A stretch of 64,000 nt of DNA. It comes from Squalus acanthias. Its lineage: Eukaryota. Below, one piece after another: positions 1 through 12,386 of this stretch (position 1 is its first letter; each line of letters opens with the position of its first letter). The stretch is from assembly GCA_030390025.1 (NCBI GenBank), contig CM059432.1, positions 66,094,001 to 66,158,000 of the forward strand, written 5' to 3'. Below the pieces are notes generated by a model. It did not search any database, had not been told where the DNA came from, and saw nothing but the letters and a program-made list of their open reading frames with translations. The position numbers and the translations under genes are program-made.

Positions 1-175
1 AAACGGGCAGACAAGTCTTACCTGAAAGACCGTACTTCTGACAATACAGCACTCTCTCAGTACTGTGCTGAGATATCAGCATAAGATGTATGCTTAAATC
101 CTGTAATGGGGCATAAATAATACAACCTTCTAACCCAGATATATGAGTGCTACTATCACTGAGCCAAGCTGATTA
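1..175 (-). mobile_element. DeuSINE (SacSINE1-like) 5' head fragment
   Basis: Similar to the SINE heads at 14760-14847/15479-15560 and 36720-36890 (cagcactc.ctcagtactg; acaaccttct.ac.caga...gtgctac.a.ctgagcca). Reverse complement of a tRNA-like head. Confidence 0.7.
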
Positions 176-947
176 TTTTTTAACTGACAACAGCTATTCT
201 ATGATCTGAGTTCTTTCAGCGTAATGTTGGGAAGCAGGTCATTTGAAGTGCTGACCCATTCTGATATACACTCCTGCACCCCCTGCCCCACACTTCATTT
301 GAGAGGTACTCTAAATTCCTTCTGCTCCGAAAGGGGGACATTCTGTAATTGGTGCAACAATTTTTCCACATTAGTGGAGAAACTAGCTAGTAATCTTGAG
401 ATTAAGAAATGTTTTGGGCCAAAAAATTACTTTTAATTACTGATTTTTTTTGTAGTTATGCTCTAATAATAAAATTGTGAAAAAAGTTACTGTAAACAGT
501 AACAAAAGTAGGGACATATTTATGCTCCTACCATATCAGTGTGAGGCAAACATAGGTAGATAGACTGAATACTGAACAGTCAGGCTATGAATAGAGATTA
601 CTCCAACATTGCCAAATGATATATAGCATTTTAGTACATTTTATGTGCCATGACTGCAATTATGCACTATGGAGCTGTGGAAGGAGCAGAGAGTAAAATT
701 GATTTGTTTTCTGTGCATCACAGGACATCTGCATTTTTTAATTTTAAATGAAAAAAACTGGCTTCAATCAATGGCACAGGTAAAGTGTACCATTTTTCAT
801 AACTTTTGTAAAACAAACAAAACAAAGAGTGAAAACAAAAATGTCAGAAAAGTATGTCCAAAAGATATTACTGACTTTATTCTTTGCTTTAAAAAGAAAC
901 CGATTTGCATAAATTTGAAACACTGGAGGCAATGGCTTTGGACTCAC

Positions 948-1031
948 CAGTAAGTAAGCCCAATAGAGAACCAGGCAAACTGGCATCTATCTCTGTATTC
1001 AGATGGCACAGCTGATCCGCATGGCACACCA
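948..1031 (-). other. Candidate 84-nt phase 1-1 cassette exon of the MYT1-family gene
   Basis: Minus-strand acceptor taattttattcag and consensus donor CTG|gtgagt. Open in the frame left by the ATG exon: (V)VCHADQLCHLNTEIDASLPGSLLGLLT. No homology recognised. Confidence 0.3.
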
Positions 1032-1329
1032 CTGAATAAAATTACATTTTTATGCTCTGGTGCACTCAGCTATTAGTATCACACCAGCAGAGATTACAAA
1101 ATTCTACCTCATGTTTCATGATGGTCTACGTGAGACAATCTATTTCATATTTACGTTGCACAGATGTAAGTAATGTAGTTTCCACAGCTTTAAGCAAGAA
1201 AATGAATTAACATAAATGGTAATTTTTTTGCTTGTATTAGAAAATTAATATTTTAAAATGTTTTATCACCCTTCTTGTAATGCTGGTTTTTGTATTATTC
1301 AACAAGGAAAAATCATGTGACTAAAAGAG

Positions 1330-1525
1330 GAGGTAATTTTCAGAGTTCACGCTGCTGGCAGACTCTCCACTGTTGGCCGTATGTATCGAGAAATTGCAGG
1401 CATGCTGCCTATAGTTCACCATCCATTAAAATCGATAAATGGAAAATCATGGGCCACATGCCCGTAATTTTCCAATATGCATTGCCGATAAGAAAGCTCC
1501 CACTGGCATTCCAAACTCAGAAGGT
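1330..1525. repeat. Degenerate palindromic (hairpin) MITE-like element
   Basis: Imperfect inverted arms (gagttcacgctgctggc / ccactggcattccaaactc; aaattgcaggcatg / catgcccgtaattt) centred on ccattaaaatcgataaatgg. Confidence 0.5.
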
Positions 1526-1634
1526 TCGTCCTATTATCTTTATACATTTGCTCATTGTCCCTGGGATTTTAGCACTCTGGAGTTGTGGAATGGATAAAAA
1601 CAGTACAATTAGTCATCATTGTACAAAATATTTT

Positions 1635-2090
1635 GGGGTAGAAATTGTATCTCGTTGCTCCTGATTAGTGAATGAGGGCCAATTTTGGGGCCCAACGTCC
1701 CGTGCCTAAAGAACTGCTGAAAGATGTCTAACCTTACACTGGGTCGTGCCATTATTCAGACATCCCTGGCAGCTGCCTAAAACAGGCATTAGTCCCTTGC
1801 ATATGTAAATGAGGGGCCTAACGCCTGTTTTAGCACACACCGCCCCCCCCCTCCCCCTACTAAATTGGAGATCACAGAGTAGAGCAGGAGCTCGGGATTC
1901 CTCAGCGACCACTGCGACATAAGCAGAGGCTGCCACCAAAAGCTTTGCTTTTGTATAAAAATGTTAAGAATGTTCCTGTGGAGCCAGGAGGAGCAGGAGC
2001 GTTCCCCTGACTCCACAGTACGCATGATCAGCTGCTACACTGTTGTCACTCCACCTCCTTCCCAGGAATTACCTTCAGGCCATTGCCACG
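1635..2090. mobile_element. Non-autonomous GC-rich DNA-element remnant with a Harbinger-like end
   Basis: Begins ggggtagaaattg, like the other TIRs in the window. Contains the ggagccaggaggagcaggag motif also found at ~32617 and, reverse-complemented, at ~55200. Truncated by a CR1. Confidence 0.5.
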
Positions 2091-2092
2091 AG

Positions 2093-3692
2093 GCAAGTTG
2101 AAATTTTTGAGGAAGTAACCAAAATAGTAGACAAGGGAAAGTCTATGGGTGTCGTTTATATGGACTGCCAGAAGGCATTTGATAAGGTTCCACATAAGAG
2201 ACTATTAGCTAAAATTAAAGATCATGGAATGGAAGGCAAATTATTAATCTGGTTAGGAGATTGGTTAGGCGGTAGAAGACAGAGATTAAGGATAGGTATG
2301 TACTCGAATTGGAAGGAAGTGACTAGTGGTGTCCCACAAGTACTTGTGCTGGTGCCCCAACTATTCACTATTTATTCATGAGTAAGATAGCACAATAGAG
2401 AGCCGTGTATCCAAGTTTGCTGATGACACAAAGATTGGTGATATACAGGAAACTCTTTATTAACCGGCACCGACGGGACCGGCATGGTGCCGGTTAATCA
2501 AAAAGTCCGGATAATGGAGAGTTATATCTCCCAACGTACGAGAGCCCCGTACACACTGACATGCGCCTGCATTCGGAGCTCCGTCTCCCCGGGGACCGCC
2601 AGCTGACCATCTGTCATGTCCGCTGCCTACCCGGGCTGCACATTCCCCTCCCAATCTACATGCTCCGATACAAGGCAAACGCCTCGGGGTTTTTTTTTAA
2701 GTTATTTTTAAAGGAGAGATGAAGGAAAACCCCGGTTACCTACTCAAGAATTTTGCCGGTTAAGAGAGATTTCCGGTTATTTGGGTGCCGGTTAAAAGAG
2801 AGTTTCCTGTAGTAAGTAGTGTAGATAGGAGCATAACATTACAAAAATACATTGATAGATTAAGTGAGTGGGCAAAACTGTGGCAGATGGAAATGCAACG
2901 CAGGTAAGTGTCAGGTCATCCATTTTGGACTAAAATAGGATAGATCCGAGTGTTATTTAAATGGTGGAAAGCTTAGAACAGAGGAGGTCCAAAAAGATTT
3001 AGGGGTCCATGTACACAGATCACTAAAATGTAGTGGTCAGATACAAAACATAATCCAAAAGGCTAATGGAATGTTAACCAGAGGGCTAGAATATAATGGG
3101 GATAAAGTTTTGCTGCAGCTATACAAAGCCCTGGTTAGGCAACATCTGGAGTACTATGCACAGTTTTGGGCAACGCACCTTCGAAAGGATATATTGGCCT
3201 TGGAAGGAGTGCAGCACAAATTCACCAAAATGTTACCAGGGCTCCAAGGGTTAGATTATGAGAAGAGATTACATAAACTAGGCTTGTATACCCAGGAATA
3301 TAGAAGGTTAAGGGGTGATTTGATTGAGGTTTTTAGGATTTTGGAAGGAATTGATAGGATAAATAGAGAGAAGCTTTTTCCGCTGGTGGGGGAGTATGGG
3401 ACAAGGGGACATAACCTTAAAATCAGGGCCAGGCCATTCAGGAGAGAAGTTAGGAAACACTTCTTCACGCAAAGGGTGGTAGAAGTGTGGAACTCTCCCA
3501 CAAAAAGCAGTAGACGCTAGCTCAATTAATAATTTTAAATCTGAGATCGATAGATATTTGCTGGACAAGGGTATAAAAGGATATGGAGCCAAGGCAGGTG
3601 GATGGAGTTAAGATACAGATGAGCCGTGATCTCATTGAATGGAGGAACAGGCTCGAGGGGCTGAATGGCCTACTTCTGTTCCTATGTTCCTA
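2093..3692 (+). mobile_element. CR1 LINE, 5'-truncated and decayed (RT plus 3' UTR)
   Basis: RT motifs YMDCQKAFDKVPH, SGVPQ, FADDTK, LYKALVRQHLEY, RGHNLK; 3' tail tcctatgttccta; multiple stops and frameshifts. Confidence 0.95.
2446..2809. mobile_element. Tc1/mariner (pogo/Tigger-like) MITE nested in the CR1
   Basis: TIRs caggaaactctttattaaccggcacc / ggtgccggttaaaagagagtttcctg, flanked by TA on both sides (2444-45, 2810-11). The CR1 RT resumes after it. Confidence 0.9.
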
Positions 3693-4784
3693 AGGAGGCA
3701 CAGTGGTCAGCACACATGATTCATGGTGCTCCGAATTTTCCAGTGGTTAATTTTAATGACTTGAACATCTGAATTGGGTGCGTGATTGATGTACTCGATT
3801 CCCTGATCCACAGTCCCATTGAGCAAGGATTCATCCTTGGAGCCATTCCTTGCAAAATGTCCCTGAATGTCTCTACAGAATAGAAAATTACATCTGAATG
3901 GATGTTCCACTACTAGACCAATGGGAAGGTCACCAGAATGGAGGGTTATGTGACCTTCCACTAATTCTTTCCCAGAACCACACCCAAGCTGTAGACTATC
4001 AGGGATCATATGCATATTCCATCAATAAATAACTGTTAGATGCATACTGCACCACACGATCAGATACATACTTCACCAATGAACGATAGGGATTGCACAA
4101 TAAAAAGCACAGCTAGATGTTAACTGCACCACTGGGTAGCAGAAATCGGACACAAACATCACCAACTTGTCCACAGAAATCAGACACATGGTCCTCAAAA
4201 TTCCTGGGGTCGGAGAGGGTGGAAATCATGATTTTTGCACACGGGAACCAGGAATGTGGAACAAACCTGGTTCAGCAAGGATTCCATCTCATTTAGGCTT
4301 TCTCTTTAAACTCTGATAGGAAGCCATGGATGGATCTGCCATTCGACTTCCACCCCCTCCGCTCCCCCCCCCCCCCCGCCCAATATCAAGGGGTATGTCT
4401 GGGGAAGTTACCTGGTTCCCCCTGGAAATTTTGCCCTTCACGCCTTCCATAGGCCTCAGTGGAGCACACGCCAGCTGAGTGCTGTTGTGAGTCCCATTGA
4501 ACTTGTAAAAAGGCCCCAAGCCTGGAGGAGATCGATTAACTTGCAAAAAAAGTTTGCTTGCTCCATGGGAGGAGCTTGTTGGTGGAATTTAAACGAGGGC
4601 CGAACCCAAATTTGGTTTTGGGTGGAAGTCAAATTTTTCAGCCAGAGTCTCCACCTTGAGGCCAGGACAGGTGGGGTCCATATTTTACTTGCGTTGCCAG
4701 AGATCCTCTTCTCTGTAAGGAACTGGGCTGCTGTCAGTTCTGATGACCATGAAGCATAAAAAGAAAAACTTTAAAGTCTGAAAC

Positions 4785-5140
4785 TCTAGTCTATGCTGAG
4801 TTATCTGGTCTCAACCAGAGTATTTGCAGGGGCACTACAAGAGACTTCATCGCTTCTGGGTTAGGGAGGAGAAATCAGCTAGATCATTTCTGATTGCTAT
4901 CCAGTGATCTCTGCTGGAAGTGCAACCGCCCTCCCCCCACCCCACCCGTGTGGGCGTTGGTTGAGATCAGGATTGGACTTAGCTGTGATGCCCTCAATGG
5001 CCAGGCAGCCAACACTCACTGTTGAAGCTCACAACTGAATAATGGCCACTTGGTTGAGGCACCAAATGGCAACCAGTACTCATGGAATTATGAAACAAAG
5101 AACCAAATGGGGAAAAGGTGGGGGGAGAAAATTGGCAAAA
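4785..5140 (+). mobile_element. Unclassified SINE-like interspersed repeat
   Basis: GC-richer block (tctatgctgagttatctggtctc...gggttagggaggagaaatcagc...aatggccacttgg) resembling a common shark repeat as I recall it. Family not verified. Confidence 0.45.
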
Positions 5141-5671
5141 AAAAATGAAACGCCATATTCAGTTTTTTGCTAGAGGTCTAGGTACAAGTGCAGACATTTA
5201 CCCAGAAAATAGCAGAAAGTATATCCAGACATAGAAAAAATTGCATTCGGCATTTTAGTACATGTAGAATATTGGTTAGAAACAAGGGACTGACATCTTT
5301 GAACCTAAAGCAGCCTGCAATACAACTGCAGTACTGGTGTAAAACGGTTCTCAGTTCAACTTGATGCTGAAATGTGAGGCCTAACCTGACTCCAGAATTA
5401 TACTAAAACTTATTAGCATCGGTGCAAAGCAAAACAGCTTTGTAGTGTAAATGCAGCCGGAAATTTGTACATAAAAGCCAAAAGGACCATATGGATACTT
5501 TGGGGTTCAATTAAAATGCTCATACATAAAAATGATGAAGCAACTAAATTGGATCAAAATTTTTGTCTAGTTGTAAAATGATCAACAGTTCATTGTCACC
5601 TTTCTTTGTTATGGTGATTCCATACTTTTCTTATTCCAGCTGTGGTAGCGGTATATGCCTACATCATATTC

Positions 5672-5760
5672 GGTATGGTAGCATAGTGGTAATGTTACTG
5701 AACTACTAATCCAGAGGCCTGGACTAATGATCCGGAGATGTGAGTTCAAATCCCACCATG
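5672..5760 (+). promoter_or_regulatory. tRNA-derived Pol III head (A and B boxes)
   Basis: A-box-like tagcatagtgg and B-box gttcaaatcc. A similar head occurs at ~20551-20657. Confidence 0.75.
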
Positions 5761-8548
5761 ACAGCTGGGGAATTTACATTCAGTTATTTAAATAAAATCT
5801 GGAATAAAAAGTTAGTATCAGTAATAAAACTACCGAGATTGTCGTAAAAACCCATCTGGTTCGCTGATGTCCTTTAGGGAAGGAAATCTGCCGTCCTTAC
5901 CTGGTCTGGCCTGTATGTGACGTCAGACCCACAGCAATGTGGTTGACTCTTAACTGTCCTCTGAAATGGCCTAGCAAGCTACTCTGTTTTACCAAACCGC
6001 TACAAAAAACAATAAGAATAAAACCGGACGGACCACTCAGCACCGGCTTCGGATACGACAAAGGCACACATAGTCCAGTCGACACTGCAAAGTCCTCTTC
6101 ACAAACATCTAGGGACTTGGGCCAAAATTGGGAGAGCTGTCCCACAGACTAGACAAGCAACAGCCTGACATAGTCATACTCACAGAATCATACCTTTCAG
6201 CCAAAGTCCCAAACTCCTCCATCACCATCCCTGGGTATGTCCTGACCCACCGGCAGACCCACCAGAGGTGGCGGCACAGTGGGATACAGTCAGGAGAGAG
6301 TGGTCCTGGGAGTAATCAACATTGACTCTGGACCCCATGAAATCTCATGGCTTCAGGTCAAGCATAGGCAAGGAAACCTCCTGCTGATTACCACCTACCG
6401 CCCTCCCTCAGCTGATGAATCAGTACCCCTCCATGTTGAACACCACTTGGAAGAAGCACTGAGAGTAGCAAGGGCACAGAATGTCCTCTGGGTGGGGCAC
6501 TTCAATGCCCATCACCAACAGTGGCTCGGTAGAACCACGACTGACCGAGCTGGCCGAGTCCTGAAGAACATAGCTGCCAGTCTGGGCCTGCGACAGGTGG
6601 TGAGCGAACCAACACGAGGGAAAAATCTACTTGACTTCGTCCTCACCAATCTACCTATCGCAAATGCATCTGTCCATGACAGCTTTGGTAGCCGTGACTA
6701 GCGCACAGTCCTTCTGGAGATTAAGTCCTGTCTTTACACTGAGGACACCCTCCATCGTGTTGTGTGGCACGACCATCGTGCTAAATGGGATAGATTCAGA
6801 ACAGATCTAGCAGCTCAAAACTGGGCATCCATGAGGCGCTGTGGGCCATCAGCAGCAGCAGAATTGTACTCCACCACAATCTGTAACCTCATGGCCCGGC
6901 ATATCCCTCCCTCTACCATTACCATCAAGCCAGGGGACCAACCCTGGTTCAATAAGGAGTGTAGAAGAGCATGCCAGGAGCAGCACCAGGTGTACTTAAA
7001 AATGAGGTGCCAACCTGGGGAAGCTGCAACACAGGACTACGTGCATGCTAAACAGCAGAAGCACAATGCTATAGACAGAGCTAAGCAATCCCACAACCGA
7101 CAGATCAGATCAAAGCTCTGCAGTCCTGCCACATCCAGTCGTGAATGGTGGTGGACAATTAAACAACTAACGTGAGGAGGAGGCTCCATGAACATCCCCA
7201 TCCTTAATGATGGTGGAGCCTAGCACGCAAGTGCAAAAGACAAGGCTGATGCGTTTGCAACCATCTTCAGCCAAAAATGCTGAGTGGATGATCCATATTG
7301 GCCTCCTCCTGAGGTCCCCACCATCACAGATGCCAGTCTTCAGCCATTTCGATTCACTCCACATGATAGCAAGAAACGGCTGAGCGCACTGGATACAGCA
7401 AAGGCTATGGGCCCTGACAACAACCCGGCTGTCGTGCTGAAGACTTGTGCTCCAGAACTAGCCACGCCTCTAGCAAAGCTGTTCCAGTACAGCTACAACA
7501 CTGGCATCTACCCAACAATGTGGAAAACTACCCAGGTATGTCCTGTCCACAAAAAGCAGGACAAATTCAATCTGGCCAATTACCACCCCATCAGTATACT
7601 CTCAATCATCAGCAAAGTGATGGAAGGTGTCGTCGACAGTGCTATCAAGTGGCACTTACTTACCAATAACCTGCTCATCGATGCTCAGTTGGGTTCCGCC
7701 AAGATCACTTGACTCCTGACCTCATTACAGCTTTGGTCCAAACATGGACAAAAGAGCTGCATTCCAGAGGTGAGGTGAAAGTGACTACCCTTGACATCAA
7801 GGCAGTATTTGATCGAGTGTGGCATCAAGGAGCCCTAGTAAAATTCAAGTCAATCGAAATCGGGGGAAAACTCTCCACTGGCTGGAGTCATACCTAGCAC
7901 AAAGGAAAATGGTTGTGGTTGTTGGAGGACATTCATCTCAGCCCCAGAACATCACTGCAGGAGTTCCTCCGGGCAGTGTCCTATGCCCAACAATCTTCAG
8001 CTGCTTCATCAATGACCTTCCCTCCATCATAAGGTCAGAAGTGGGGATGTTCGCTGATGATTGCACAGTGTTCAGTTCCATTCGCAACTCCTCAGATAAT
8101 GAAGCAGTCCATGCCCACATGCAGCAAGATCTGGACAACATTTAGGCTTGGGCTGATAAGTGGCAAGTAACATTCACACCACACAAGTGCCAGGCAATGA
8201 CTGTCTCCAACAAGAGAGAGGCTAATCACCGCCCCTTGACATTCATCGGCATTACCATCGCCAAATCCCCCACCATCAACATCCTGGGGGTCACCATTGA
8301 CCAGAAACGTAACTGGGCCAGCCACATAAATACTGTGGCTACAAGAGGAAGTCAGAAGCTGAGTATTCTGCGGTGAGTGTCTCACCTCCTGAATCCTCAA
8401 AGCCTTTCCACCATCTACAAGGCACAAGTCAGGACTGTGGTGGAATACTCTCCACTTGCCTGGATGAGTGCAGCTCCAACAACACTCAAGAAGTTCGACA
8501 CCATTCAGGACAAAGCAGTCCGCTTGATTGGCACCCCATCCACCACCT

Positions 8549-10874
8549 GGATTAATTAATGATCTTGAAGTGAAGGATCCTCTTGGGAAGAGTGATCATA
8601 GCATGGTATAATTTCAAATTCAGTTTGAGGGTGAGAAAGCTAGGTCTTAAACTAGTGTCCTGAATGTAAACAAAGGTAATTACAAAGGTGTGAAGGCAGA
8701 CTTGGTTAAAGTGGACTGGGAAAATATATTATAGGGTAAGATTGTAGAAAAGCAGTGGCAAACATTTAAAGAGATATTTCATAACTCTCAGCAAAGATAT
8801 ATTCCAGTGAGAAAGAAAGACTCTAAGAGAAGGATGAACCATCCGTGGCTAACTAAGGAAGTAAAGGATGGTATCAAATTGAAAACAAAAGCATACAATG
8901 TTGCAAAGAATAGTGAAAGGCCAGAGGATTGGGAAATTTTTAAAAACCAGCAAAGGATGACTAAAAAAATGATGAAGAGAGAGAAGATAGCTTATGAGAG
9001 TAAGCTAGCAAGAAATATAAAAACAGACAGTAAGAGCTTCTACAGGTATATAAAAAGGAAGAGAGTAACTAAAGTCAACGTTGGTCCCCTAGACGATGAG
9101 TCTGGGAAATTAATAATGGGAAACGGAAATGGCAGAGACTTTGAACAAATATTTTGTATCGGTCTTCACGGTAGAAGACACTAAAAGCATCCCAATAATG
9201 GATAATCAAGGGGCTATTAGGGTGGTGGGGGGGGGGGGGAACTTAAAACAATCACTATCACTAGAGAGAAAGTACTAGGCAAACTAATGGGACTTAAGGT
9301 GGACAAGTCCCCTGGACCTGATGGCCTGTATCCTAGAGTCTTAAAAGAGGTGGCTGCAGAGATAGTGGATGCATTGGTTGTAATCTACCAAAATTCCCTG
9401 GATTCTGGAGAGGTCCCAGCAGACTGGAAAACCGCAAATGTAATGCCCCTATTTAAGAAAGGAGGGAGACAGAAAGTAGGCAACTATCGACCAGTTAGCC
9501 GAACATCTGTCATTGGGAAAATGCTGGAGTCCATCATTAAGGAAGTGATAGCAGGTCATTTAGAAAATCATAATATAGTCAGTATGGTTTTATGAAAGGG
9601 AAATCATGTTTGACAAATTTGCTGGAGTTCTTTGAGGATATAACGAGCAGGGTGGATAAAGGAGAACCAGTAGATGTCGTGCATTTGGATTTCTAGAAGG
9701 CATTCAATAAGTTGCCACATAAAAGGTTACTGTACTAGATAAGAGCTCACGGGGTTGGGAGTAATATATTAGCATGGATAGAGGATTGGCTAACTAACAG
9801 AAAACAGAGAGTCAGGATAAATGGGTCATTTTCAGGTTGGCAAACTGTAACTAGTGGGGTGCCGCAGGGATCAGTGCTGAGGCCTCAACTATTTACAATC
9901 TATATTAATGACTTGGATGAAGGGACTCAGTGTAATGTAGCCAAATTTGCTGATGATACAAAGATAGGTGGGAAAGCAAATTGTGTGGAGGACGCAAAGA
10001 ATCTCCAAAGGGATATAGATAGGCTAAGTGAGTGGGCAAAAATCTGGCAGATGGAGTTTAATGTGGGAAAATGCGAGGTTATCCACTTTGTTAGGAAAAA
10101 TAAAAAAGCAAATTATTATTTAAATGGGGAGAGATTACAAAATGCTGAGGTACAGAGGGATCTGGGGGCCCTTGTACATGAATCACAAAAAGTTAGCATG
10201 CTGGTACAGCAAATAATTAGGAAGGCAAATGGAATGTTGGCCTTTATTGCAAAGGGAATGGAGTATAAAAGTAGGGAAGTCCTGGTACAACTGTACAGGG
10301 CGTTAGTAAGACCACACCTGGAGTACTGCGTACAGTTTTGGTCTCCTTATTTAAGGAAGGATATATTTGCATTGGAGGCAGTTCAGAGAAGGTTCATGAG
10401 GTTGATTCCGGAGATGAAGGGGTTGTCTTAAGAAGAAAGGTCGAGCAGGTTGGGCCTATACTCACTGGAGTTTAGAAGAATGAGAGGGGATCTTATTGAA
10501 ACATATAAGATTCTGAAGGGGCTTGACAGGGTAGATGCAGAGAGGATGTTGCCCCTCGTGGGTTAATCTAGAACTAGGAGGTAAAATTTCAGAATAAGAG
10601 GAAACCCTTTTAAATCAGAAATGAGGAGGAATTTCTTCTCTCAGAGGGTCGTGAATCTTTGGAATTCTCTTCCCCAGAGAGCTGTGGAGGCTGGGTCATT
10701 GAATATATTTAAGGTGGAGATAGACAGATTTTTGAACGATAAGGGAGTCAAGGGTTATGGGGAACGGGCAGGGAAGTGGAGTTGAGGCCAAGATCAGATC
10801 AGCCATGATCTTATTGAGTGGCGGAGCAGGCTCGAGGGGCCAAATGACCTACTCCTGCTCCTACGTCTTATGCT
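8549..10874 (+). mobile_element. CR1 LINE (APE C-terminus, RT, 3' UTR) nested in the older LINE
   Basis: Motifs KSPGPDG, WKTANV, NYRPVS, VPQGSVL, FADDTK, LVRPHLEYC. Host sequence ccatccaccacc|ttaaacattc is contiguous across the insert when compared with the intact copy at ~48722. Confidence 0.95.
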
Positions 10875-12331
10875 CTTAAACATTCACTCCTTACACCACT
10901 GGCGCGCTGAGGCTGCAGTGTGTACCATCTATAAGATGCACTGCAACAACTTGCTAAGATTTCTTCGACAGCACCTCCCAAACCCACAACCTCTACCACC
11001 TAGAAGGACAAGGGCAGCAGGTGCCTGGGAACACCACCATCTCCAAGTTCCCCTCCAAATCACGCACCATCCTGACTTGGAAATATATCGCCGTTCCTTC
11101 ATTGTCGCTGGGTCAAAATCCTGGAACTCCCTCTCTAACAGCACTATGGGAGTACTTTCACCACACGGATTACAGCGGTTCAAGAAGGCGGCTCACCACC
11201 ACCTTCTCAAGGGTAATTAGGGATGGGCAATAAATGCTGGCCTTGCCCACATCCCAGGAAGAAATAAAAAAAAAAGCCTGGCACCTTGTCTATGTCGGGT
11301 CCACAATTGAGTTCAAACCTCAGTCAAACCAGAACCCTATGAACGACACTCCAGCACTCTATTCATTGCTAAACTCGGTGTGCCTGTGAGTAAAACTGGC
11401 TTTAGATAGATTTAGAAATCCCTTCTGTGAACTAGATTGGCCTGTTCATTCCTGTGGGCCTGCAGTAGATCTACCGAACTGCAGCATTTTGACCTGCTGA
11501 GAATAGCTGGTAGAATTCATCATTTGCATCATCTGCAGGACTAGCCCTGACAGTGTGGGGACATTTTATGTTGCTACCACTGGCAGTAAGGAGATAACAG
11601 GAACTTCACCCAAACAGTAAGTTGAGGATGGAACAAATGAAATGGTTTGGGGACGGATTCCATCCTCCCCCACCAAATTGGACAGCTGCCTCACTAGGGG
11701 CAGAGCTGCAGTTGAGTCAGAGAAACGATGATAATTTATTTTTAAATTCAGTGATGCAATAATGAGTTCAGCCACTGCTGATACTGGAAAACTGTAAATC
11801 CAGGAGACAGGTTAATCATTTCACCACCCATTCTGTCAATTACCTTCTTTTAGCTCCTCAATGCTAACCCATTATCCAGTGTTAATCCCAGCAGGAATAC
11901 TAATTTACCTGTTGGTAGCCATTGCCAGCAGTTTGAACATTATTCAAAAATCAAATGGTACAATCATCATTAAAAGACATTTCTTGCAATATTGTAGTCA
12001 ACATGCTAGCAATTGCACTCAGAGTGGGTAAAATTATTTTCAGCTAAGGTTCAAAAAGAAAATAAGCTTTTACATACATTTTTAAAGAGCATCTACAATA
12101 AACAAGCTGTTATGTGGTCCATTATTTGTCCTTATTAAACTTGACAGTACAGTATATGTTTAAAATCACCCCACTACCTCACTTCTGTTGAATACATCTC
12201 TTCTGATGAATGCATCACATTTGGAAAAGCCAATATTAATTCAGTGCCAGCCCATCAGGAGCTCTCCACAGGAACTGACCTGTTTCCTACTGTGTGGAGC
12301 AAAGTGATTTAAGACCTATTCAACAACTCAC

Positions 12332-12386
12332 CCCTAGATCCTTTAGAGCGTGTGCGCAGTCTCTTTTCCTCACTGTCTGTATCCAT
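12332..12386 (-). CDS. ST18: First coding (ATG) exon of a MYT1-family C2HC zinc-finger transcription factor; ST18 preferred, MYT1L possible
   Basis: 55-nt exon: acceptor ctaac...ctcaccatgttccag|ATG and donor AGGG|gtgagt. Translates as MDTDSEEKRLRTRSKGSR(V), matching the family N-terminus (ST18 MDAEAEDKTLRTRSKGTEV; MYT1L MEVDTEEKRHRTRSKGVRV, from memory). Family call is strong; paralog call is moderate. Confidence 0.8.

Larger units (their letters stand above)
5672..11275 (+). mobile_element. Near full-length CR1/L2-group LINE (APE-RT, no ORF1) with tRNA-derived head, interrupted by a CR1
   Basis: APE motifs KVLFTNI.GL..KLGEL...PDIVILTESYL, YRPP, VGHFNAHH, PTRGKNLLD. RT motifs AMGPD, LDIKAVFDRVWH, GVPPGSVL, FADD, YKAQVRTVVEYSP. 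Resumes at ~10875 after the nested CR1 and ends with aataaa and an A-tail. Many stops and frameshifts. Confidence 0.93.

Noticed and set aside
5625..5660. Short minus-strand exon-like segment (IYRYHSWNKK)
   Set aside because: Poor acceptor abutting a TE and no family similarity.
5672..5760. Functional tRNA gene
   Set aside because: A and B boxes are present, but there is no convincing cloverleaf and the sequence is continuous with a retroelement.
12177..12201. 25-nt phase 1-2 micro-exon candidate (EEMYSTEVS)
   Set aside because: Weak acceptor and donor and no convincing similarity to the expected VPxxxxxQELS.
12250..12280. Minus-strand cag|TTCCTGTGGAG resembling the MYT1L second coding exon (VPVE)
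   Set aside because: It reaches TGA after VPVESS, has no donor, and would leave an intron of only ~56 nt.
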